A DNA stretch of 64,000 nt from NCBI GenBank assembly GCA_022605425.2, contig CM061253.1, positions 186,001-250,000 on the forward strand, written 5' to 3'. This document shows, in pieces, positions 53,981 to 64,000 of this stretch (positions are counted from its first letter, which is position 1; every line of letters starts with the position of its first letter). The notes beneath the pieces were generated by a model. The model did no database searches. It saw only the letters and a program-made list of their open reading frames with translations, and had not been told where the DNA came from. Both the position numbers and the translations under genes were made by a program. This DNA comes from Hamiltosporidium tvaerminnensis FI-OER-3-3. Lineage: Eukaryota > Fungi > Microsporidia.

Positions 53981-56900
53981 AATGATTAAATTAATTGAAA
54001 TAAAAATGAAGATATCTAAAAGCCTAGAAGAAAAAAACTAGGATCCTTAGTCTTAAATACACACAAATAAAAATATATAAATTTTAACAGAAACAGAAAA
54101 ACTCTAAATAATAAAAGAATAATTCTAAGTAAAATTTTTAAAAAATCTCTATATAAGATTAGGCTGTTTCCACGCTTAAGACATGTGTTAAAATGGGTAA
54201 AAATAGATTAGAAAAACAATATTGACTATGTCTTGTTGTAAATAATGCAATACACCGAAATAAATTATCTTCTTTTTATATTTGAGTTGGAATTATTGGT
54301 AAAATAACAAAATAATTCTTGCTTTGAAACTTTAATTCTTATTAGCAAGACATTTTTAAAAAATGAGCAAGCCTGAAGTATTTATAGTTCTAAAATAGAT
54401 AAAAATTTTAAGTTTTATTTTTTTGGGATGTTTTTCTAACATTAAATTTCATCCAGTAGCACATACTTGATCGGTTAAGGTATGATATTTTTTTGACGTC
54501 CTACTATGTTTAAATTATTAGGGCTTTAAATAAGATTTTAAATTTACATATTATTTTCAATAAAGGCCAACTATTCTGCAGATTGTTTTATTTTATAATA
54601 CATAGTAAACAACTGAATCGAATTTATTAGATATTTTATTGATTTTTGAAAGAATACATTTAATTTTTATCTAAAGATATCTCCACAGAATTATTATTAA
54701 TATTACACTGAAACCAAAATTCTTTAAATATGCATACGCATGACTCAAGTATTTACATATTTCTAGAGAAAAATATTTTTTGTGCATGTTACGATTTATA
54801 TGCTAATATACAGATATAATAATCAAATATCTATAATACCGTACTATATTAAACATTTACAGGCAAGGTTTAGGAATTAAATATAAGCAAAAGCTACGAT
54901 TTATAAAGTGGGATTTATACTATTCAAAGAATCGGTAAGTATATTCCTTATCTAATTTGCTAACTTATTATTGATAAATAGCCTAGCAAGCAAAAACATA
55001 CATAAATAAGGACCTACTTTTTATCCTAACCGAGGCATAAACATTTCTCTATTGAAAATTATCTGTACAAGAAACAATAGATGGCAGACGTTGGTATTTA
55101 AGCTATTCTTCAAAGAAACCAGCTAATCAAACAGGGAACAATACATGATTGGACAAAGACCCCATGAAAAATACTCTAATTGAGTTTTCATCAATGTGAT
55201 ATTGTTAAAAACTATATGATAAGGTTTAGAACTATTTTATAATGATAAAATATTATGTTACAGATCTCGATGGGTGAACAAATTTACACAATCTGAGAGC
55301 GGAAAGACATAAAGCATGAAGATTAGCAAACAAAACATGCATTGAGAAAAATCGCCCCAAGCATGTTTGAGATAGCTCTCTCTAGTTATTGCCCAAAAAA
55401 CTATTTGCCACTCCAGGAAATTTTGAAAACGTGAATTTTCAGGGTGAAAGATTGTCCATAAGACTTTTAGAAGTATAAATATGAACTTGATGAGCTGAAA
55501 TATTCGAATTAGAGGTAAATGTGCATTATATAATAGTCGTAAAATTGCCAAAGCCGCATACTTTATACAGGTTTTACAGACTCGCTATTATTAAAAAAAT
55601 AAAACGAAGTATTTAGACCTACTTTAGACAAAAAAAGTCTAGCATAATTTTCATCTTAAAGTTTTCTAATTATTTTTGGAAAGACATACAAACAGAAGAC
55701 ATTCCGTAATGCTGCTAACATGATTTTTAAAATTTTGCATCCTTTAGATTTCACAAGGACAAGCCAATATTTTTTGTGGCACTTGTAAAATTATGAGTTA
55801 GATCGGTATTTTCTAGAAACAAAATCAAGAAAACTCAGAAGCGATTTTTGAAGGGAATCTATGTTTGCGACGTCCGAAAGTTTTAAATTTCTTAGTGCTA
55901 CTTCTGTTTTAAATATACGTTCTTAATCATAATGATGTTTTTAATTTTTGAAGAAACAAATAAGAAAAAACGAGACTAAGAATAATTCGGTGTGAATATT
56001 TTTGTAGTAGAATATTCACACAACAGCCTTTTTTTATGGCTAAATCCTTTAATATTTGAACAGAGTTACAAATAAAAACTTTTGGAATAGATAGTATTTA
56101 GAGTTTCTTACTCGGTATTTGTCAAATATTGATGAAACCCGTAGTGTTTTATCGATATTTGAATTTTTTGATGTATTCAAATTGCCAAAATTTCTTCATA
56201 TAATTACGTAATTTAAAACAAATCGAATACGTTAGGAATCGATTATATGTTAATCAGCTTTTTTCGAAATATCTAAAAAACTTTAGAAAATTGAACGATT
56301 AAATTGCTATTCTTAATCTAAAAAGACATTTTTTGTCCCTGAAAAACTTATAGGTCTGAAAGATATTGAAAAGGCTGAATTCAACCATTTATTATAATAA
56401 AAAAGGCAAAAAGGGAAAGTAAAGCCGACAATCCTAATATCTAAAAGCCTAGAATCATTTTATAAATATCTACATAAACGAATTTTTCCCTTTAAATACC
56501 GAAATTTATCAGAAAAAAATTTCAAAATTACATTTTGATATATATTGGGACAAAGAAACCATGGGCATACAGTTTAGAAAGAAAAGAGGATTAGAAAAGA
56601 TCGAACACTCAAATATTTTTGCTTTTTGACAAATGAATTAAAAGGTCGCTGAAAAATAATATTTAGTGTCAATTTAGACACATATAGAATTTTCAATAAC
56701 AAAAATTTACTTTTTCGTTTTATTTTAAGGTTTTTTCGAAAGATGATGCACTACTGGCTTTTTTGCCCAAATAAAGTACAATATTCTTATCGGGAAAAAG
56801 GTTAAACTTACAAAGAGAGATTCACTGCAAAAAAAACTGACTATGAAACGCCCGTTCTACTTACAGGAAGGTAATTGGTCAAATACCTGTGAATTGAAAA

Positions 56901-58641
56901 ATATTTTAAGAAGAGCAAAATATATGATTTTTTTGTACAAATAAAAAAGCTGTATATCTTTAACCGGTTAATTTCTGTTAAAATTATATTAAGCGCAAGA
57001 AATACCTACATGTAATATATTTTATTTAATTTTATTAACCGCAAGAAATACTTACATGCAATATATTACATTTAATTTTCTTAATTCCATTTACAGAACA
57101 TACTTCGTTGGCAACCAGCTTGTTTAAAATTTGATATTTCGAAAGGTATAGCGTATATGAAATATTTTGCACAACTAATATTATGCTAGAAAGACCTTTG
57201 AACCTCTTAAAACGTAACTAAAAAAGGCCTTCACGGTATTTAATACCAAAGAAAAATATTTCTGAAACTCTTATATGCTTATAGAAAAAACCGAACACAC
57301 TAAAAAGCAGTAAGCCAATGATTCACCTCCTCAACCTGATTATTAATCCTTTTAATAGTTTAAATAAGTTATATAAAGACAATTCAATTAGTTTCGCGAA
57401 ACTAAAACATATATATCATAAAATTCAAGCATTATAATTATATTTCAATCTATAGAATGCCTGAAATAATGAGTCAGAATCATTAATAATTCTCGAAATG
57501 AATTAACAGTATAAACTTAATTCATTTTAATAAAAGGACCTTTTTTCATCCAACATTTAATGTATTTTTATATACAGAAGAAATTTCAGGAGATTTAAAT
57601 ACTTATAGAGACCAAGTTTCCATCTGGTTGTCTTATCGTTAAAAAATACTAGGTTATAAACATACTTCGAATTGAAGTGAATGCTCTTGGTTTACATATA
57701 AATATTATCAATACATGTAGTTCCAATTATTCAAAGCCTTTTGGAAGCTTTAATTTCATACGTATTCGAAATTATTATTTTTAATAGAAGTCAACATAAG
57801 AATTAAACAAAGGTAAAAATAAATAATAATAAGTTAAGTTTTTTCATTCTATTCTTGAAACCTAAACACTGTATATTTCTCAAGGGTTGAAGGACCTAGA
57901 ATGCAATGTCAGAAAAATTGGGATGAACTCCAGGAAAATATGAATCATTTTCCTACAATGAGGGCTGAGTTATATGTTTAACGTAGAGACAATTCAATAT
58001 TGGATAAATCAAGCTGACATTACCATGAAAATACTATTAAATACCCTTTATGAGGGTTTATATATTTGAAGAGTAGAGAGATATACTGCATAAAATTGTT
58101 CAAAAAAGTTTTCCTATAGATTTTGCTGACTAAAAAAAACGGTTTAACGAGAAAAATTCAAAAAAGTCTTTTTTTTAGGATGACATACAAAACAGCATTG
58201 AGATGGAAATACTCATAACCTCACTGCATATAAAAGTCAATGACATAGATAGTGTCAATAAAATCAATAAAAAGATTTATGTAGAAAAATTTGAATTGAA
58301 TAACCAAAATCGAAGTATTGACTCTGAATTTATCTTTAACCTCAAATATTTGCATGACTAAAATAAAAAAAACAATGAGTAAGATAAACCAAATGAAAAC
58401 AAGAAGAAAAAATATCAATGTTTTGTAATTTTTTTCTAGGACTAAACCAAATTTTTTTGTGATTTCCGACTCTATACATATTTGCTTATACATGGAAATT
58501 TATAATAATGATATACATTTTATTTGAAAAAATTTATATTTAAATTTTGTAAATCTAAACAAGAATCTTCAATGAATATAAATCTTTTGTTATATTTATA
58601 AATGCCTTTAAAGTATGAAGCGGTTTCGAAATTAAAAAGTA

Positions 58642-58744
58642 ATCCTTTTCTATAGATAGAAAGGATCATTTTTATCTGTGTACTGGGCCTCTGTATAAAT
58701 ATTTATAAAAAAAATAAATTAAAAACGACTAAAATTGTGGTTTT
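58642..58744. other. Hairpin + motif module, unit 10
   Basis: ATCCTTTTCTAT-AG-ATAGAAAGGAT at 58642-58666; TTGTGG at 58735. Confidence 0.75.
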
Positions 58745-60099
58745 CAGATTAAATTTTTTGAAATATTTGATTCTAGATTATACGTTTAAAAATATAGAAA
58801 TTTTCTTAGAAAAATCTAAAATGTAATTTATATAATAATAAATTTCAAAAATATTAAATAACTATACTAGGAATAATTTTTATTTGATATGTGTCTATAT
58901 GTTTTAGTGTTATTACAATAGTATTTAACACTCTTCTTGTTTTTCATATCTGAATAATCTACGAATAATTAAAGTGAGTTGCATATTGCTATTGTTACAA
59001 AAACGAAGGATTCTTGTGTTTAGAAGCAAGAATATTTGGCCCAATGATTTTTTATACAAAAATATATTTAACGTTATTTACCGAAATATGTTCCTAAAAA
59101 AGACAGTATTTGATATATTCTAAGTGTAGTCCACAAAGTCTTTCTAATATGAATGAATATTAGGAAAACCTAAAAGAAACCGTTTTTTTTACTTAAAATA
59201 ATTTATTTCAAAGACATATATATTTAATCAATCAGACCTAATCATAGTTTTAATATAAAAGACAATTCTTCTAAAAAACTATGAATTTTATACAAAAATT
59301 TGATCTAAAAATAATACAGAGCTTAAAACAGGTATGTATAGGTAATACAGATATGGATTTAAATTACTCCGAACAAAGGTGAATTTTGATAACATAAATT
59401 TTGAAAAGTAGACGGTCTTAGAATTTTTTGTAATAAGTAAATGAAATTCAATATTTTAAGAACCCATTCATGTATTTTTTGCGACCCTTTTATTATTTAG
59501 AATGATAACGCACGCAATGAAAATAAGGTTTATAGTTTTGAGTTATAAATTGAAAAAATATAAAATGCATACAAATATTTAAAAAAATTTGATATGCTTT
59601 TAATCCTTTAGTTATTCTAAAGAATCTTATACTGATCTTTCCAATAATTTTCATGTATATGATTAAAAGGGTGGTGAGTGTAAAACATATTAAAAACTAT
59701 CTGGTTGGCAATGAGAGGTTTAAAATTTTTGAAAATATTTTTTGAAATTTTGGTGGGTTATAAACCTGATTAGATCTACAAGACAATCCTCTATGCACCC
59801 GATTCACAAAAGATTCAAAGAAGCAATTAGAAAATTTCTATTTGTTCATCCTCGAAACCGAGAGGTAAAAGATGAATCGAATAAGTAAATAATTATACAG
59901 GTTGAAAATGACGGTTGTTTCGAATATTTCTAAAAAACCCGACTTACGAAATGATGTTCTACACTAATTTATATTATTTAAATATAAAAACACATAAATT
60001 ACATGTGTTTGTATAAGAGAATTTAAAAACAGAGAAACATAATTTTTTCGTTTAATAAGATTTTATGAGTTTTTTCGAATCATTTGAATGCTAAATTAT

Positions 60100-61850
60100 C
60101 AATAAAAATTAAAAAATGCTCAAGCCTAATACCTTAACGGAAAGATATTGTTAAAACCAAATTTGACATTTTGTCACAAGTAGTTGAAAATGAAAGTAAA
60201 GATCAAATTCAACAAAAAAAAGAAAAAATCGTCTCAAATCAAAATTGACTAGTCAAATAAAAAAATAATGCAATACCATGCAATTACATTATATTCAATT
60301 CAATCGAATTTGTCATTTCTTAAGATTAAAAAAAGAAAAATAAGATCAGACCGTAGTGGTTTTAATCAAGCTCTAACCTTTTTTGTTGCATCTAAAAATG
60401 GATATCGGTTTTAGACCACAACCAAGTGAGCAAATTAAACGAATCTTTTTGAGCAGATTTTGTTCAGAATTAGAAACGTAATTTAAATTACAAAGTTAGT
60501 CTAAAGATTCCAACAATATCGGTGATATCCTGTTTGATATTTGTCAACAACTTGAGTAACTGACTTCTCGGCAAAAATTCGGATAAAAAAGTCAGGAACG
60601 TTTAAACCTAGTAAAATTCATAGAAAAAATGCTACAGTAGAAATTTTCTGAGGAGGTGGAAAGTTTATGAGACCAAGATTGAAGATCAACAAAGAGAGGT
60701 TGGCCACATAGGAACCGTGTTGTAAAGCCAAGACCACTCTTCTCGACGGAATATGCGTTATAATTACATTGGAATAATGGAAGATGACAGAAGAATCTAT
60801 GCGTCTGTTATTTGACAAGTAAAGATTAAACTGATAACACGACTAGAAAGTTATTGCCCTAAAGTTTGAATGCAAAGGAGTATCATCAGACTATAAATAA
60901 AACTGCAATTTCCCCCTAAACTATCATATAAGTGTACTTATACTAAAACGGCGGACTTTTTATAGTTAGATGATGCAGTACGCACAACATTAGTAAAAAT
61001 ATAAATTACATCTTAGCCACAAAATAACGAAACTTTATATCTTATTTCGTAATATACTTCAAAGAGGTTTGCACGGTAGTTGAGTTCAAATGCTAAGATA
61101 AATATAGACTTTTGGATTTTTTGAAGAAATCTAAAGATACATCGACTAGAAGACCTATTTCCTAAAAATCAAGATTAATCATTAAACTTATCTTAATGCA
61201 ACGAAAAGCTGCTTAAATGTAAAACAAGTGTTATCCGAAATAGAAAAAGAAGAAGTTCAAAGAGGTACAAACAGCCAACTTATAAAACGAAATCGATACG
61301 AAAAACCAAATCCAATTATATAATTTGCATAGAAAAACAAGCCCTTATGTGTAAATTACACCTGGATATGGTCTAAGAAAGGGAGTATACTACCGATTAA
61401 CGCGGCGTCTGCTATGGCCACTTTAAAATAATACGCGGGTAGAAGATATACGTAAGCACTGCAATCAGTCTAAGGAAAACGTGTACCATTTAGCATAGAG
61501 AATTAATAAAATATTTTGCCGACATTATATGACGACATAAATAAGTTATTGGTCACTAAAGTAACTCTTTCTGAATATATTTAATTTACGGCTACAAAAG
61601 AAGTTGAGCCACTCATCTTAAAAAATTCAGGACAAGAAGCTTGTGCAATTAAGAGTGAACACCAGGATAAATATTGATGTAAAAATTCTGAATATTAGAC
61701 CCGACATTATTTTAAATCAGAATAAAAAGAAGATATCAATTATTTGAGCTGGGAATTACATCCCAAGATTCAATTCAAATAATTTAAACATAAAAACAAA
61801 GAAAGTAGGACTTTCTACCCAATGAGTTTGCTCTTATCTATTATTCATTC
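60100..61850 (+). mobile_element. Older decayed REL-type non-LTR retrotransposon (RT end plus endonuclease)
   Basis: Broken frames TTLLDG...YNYIGIMED, LNAK...INKTAIS..NYHISV, LDDAVRTTLVK, RGLHG, RVNTRINIDVKILNIRPDII, GITSQDSIQI and FLPNEFALIY. Same family as 48703-49925. Confidence 0.8.
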
Positions 61851-62522
61851 ATCCTCGACACTACAGCCTTGCACGCACTTTGGACTCTCTTAGTAATGCT
61901 GCCCTCCGGTATCTTTCCAGTGCGTTCTTTTACTTTTTTAGGTTTCTTAAGAAGGTGTTTTAAAGGAAGGATCTTAGCTCTACGCCCAACCTGAAGATTA
62001 GTCCCTTTTAGTCGGTTCTTACGGCAAGCAGCGAAATCTCCAAGCCAATTCTGCATCCGGCAGAGCGAATAAACTAATACGAATCATGTAATGATATCCA
62101 GTATATTCGTGTGTAGTTTATATCACACAGATTATATATGAGAGATTTTCGGACCAAAATAAAACATTATTACCATACAACAAGCAGATAACTAAAGAAG
62201 GTGGAAAAGTAATTCAGAGTGTTTATAAAAGGGTTTTGAGTAAATTCATCATGCTTTTGGTTTATTATAACAAAAGAAGGTTCTATTTAAAGGTGTTGAT
62301 TGGTAACGCTGATTTACTCTATATATTCTTTTTTTTCAAGAGCACGTAGAAATGATCAAAATGTTATGATATAGATTCTAGACGATAGAATTCTCTCTAT
62401 AATAATTATAAATAGCTGTAAAAAAATTCAAAAAACATATTTAATAAGAATTAATACATAAAATAAATTATTATTATAAGTTATAAAACAATACAAGCGC
62501 ATAAAGTACCATTGAAACAAAA

Positions 62523-62627
62523 GATAAAGTTACTATAAATAAGAGTAACTTAATCATTGCGACAAACGGTGAATCGCAATACAATTTGTTATAAAATTTA
62601 ATTAAAAATTATTAAAGTTGTGGTTTT
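62523..62627. other. Hairpin + motif module, unit 11
   Basis: GATAAAGTTACT/AGTAACTTAATC at 62523-62555; second stem ATTGCGA/TCGCAAT at 62556-62580; AAGTTGTGGTTTT with core at 62618. Confidence 0.78.
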
Positions 62628-64000
62628 CTGTAAAAAAATATTTTTTTGGATTTTAGTATTCTTAATAAAGGTAACCGAATATTCAAGTAAAATAAAAAAA
62701 TTTACGTTACACATGTTCTAAAGGTTGTATTAAATATTAAAATGTAGTAATGAAACTTTTTAGGTATTCTTTTACTATTAAGAGTATTTTTTCTAGCAAA
62801 TTTGCTTTATATAGCAAAAAACCCATCATTGAAAATTTTTGTATTCAAAACATCCAAAATAATTTTTAGATGCTTTGTTTTCTGTTATTTGTTAAAATTT
62901 TAGTTAAATGACCGAGTATTTTGTCTTTGGTCTAGGTTTTCGGTCTAGGGTAACGAACTCGAGTATTGTATTATTTATTGGATTTTCTTACTACTCCCTA
63001 TAAAAAATCGTTCTAGAAATGATTTTTAAGGAACCCAAAGTTCGAAATAAAAGAAATAAACTGTACTATTGGTATATTTTTTCGATTATTCCTTATTGAT
63101 AATGCTATCGAATTTAGATATATATTTAATATACCTATAAAACATCAAGGCCTGTTGTTCACTAAAACTTTATACAAACTTTAGCAAGATTTTCAGTTTT
63201 CTCTGATCTTCCTGCCTAAGATTTTACGCTTTATTTTACATTTATGGATTCTTCTTTAATTAAAGTTTTAAATAATTCAACTGTAGTTTTTACTCTAAAA
63301 AATCGGATTCTTTGATAAATTTAACACTTTTATCAGAACTTGTTTTTGAATTTTTTATAATATCATAGGCTAAATTAATGGCATTTGAGAATTAAAATTT
63401 TTCCGAAAAAATCTTTGTATAGATTTGGTTTAAATTCGTTAGAAAAATATTAAATTAGTAGTTTAAAATCTTAAAAGAAATAATTACGGCCCTTTCCTTT
63501 AAAGAATAAATTCATTTACTTTATATAAAATATAGCATTATCGCCTCAATAAAAATGAGCTGATTATGCAGGCATATAGAAATCCGAGTTTTAGACCACA
63601 TAATTAAAAATTAGTTTGTATATCTCTTATTTAAATTTTACTTAAGAATAAATATTATTGAAGCAATGCATATATAAATAGAAGCTAGATAAAATGCAAA
63701 AGTACATAATCGTGTCAATGCAAAAATAAATCGATATCCGAATAGAAATGATGTGGCTAATACTTTGAAATCTACAATAAATATAATAACGTCATGGTTT
63801 TTGTTTAAAGAATATTACTTTTAAAAATTGGTATAATTAAAGAGATTCGAGTTTTTTTTGGAGTATTATTTTTAGCTTTTTTAAATAATTACTATAAGCA
63901 TATTAATCCTACGGCACTTTGGTTTTGGAAATCGGTTTTGGTCTCGAAACAATCATTTATTTCTTTCCACATTGTACAAAAATTTTAATTATCCACTAAA

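Noticed and set aside
54900-58500. Possible decayed gene(s), including ORFs 55258..55551 and 58221..58493
   Set aside because: Coding-like composition but no recognisable motif; I cannot support a product call without a search.
23855-60365. Weaker GTGGTTTT matches at ~23866, ~28617, ~29130, ~44770 and ~60356
   Set aside because: They lack the AA(A/G)T(T/A) prefix with its A-rich spacer, I saw no hairpin at the right distance where I looked, and one lies inside a LINE remnant. Not counted as units.

Overview
Very AT-rich eukaryotic DNA, almost certainly microsporidian (Hamiltosporidium-like; inferred from gene content, a 33-nt GTAAGT...TAG intron straight after an ATG, CCC motifs before start codons and pervasive GAGGGTGTTAA repeats). 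There are three compartments. (i) 1-13.5 kb: two paralogous ~780-aa lineage-specific, probably secreted LRR-like genes (the second broken by a 1-nt frameshift), plus a decayed non-LTR fragment. (ii) 13.5-28.3 kb: a gene island with PTH2, a MULE/SWIM transposase-derived gene, a tiny YPI1/inhibitor-3, two zinc-ribbon paralogues and intron-containing RPS3A, embedded in tandem repeats. (iii) 28.3-64 kb: a ~36-kb region with no ORF over 100 aa that is not random. It holds 11 co-oriented, partly paralogous units. Each is marked by a short hairpin of variable sequence, followed 60-71 nt later by a near-invariant AA(A/G)TTGTGGTTTT motif. In two units that spacing is restored only after removing TSD-flanked insertions. 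The region also carries three copies of a ~720-bp non-coding structured mobile element, REL-type non-LTR remnants and an integrase-type transposon remnant. All alignments and folds were done by eye.
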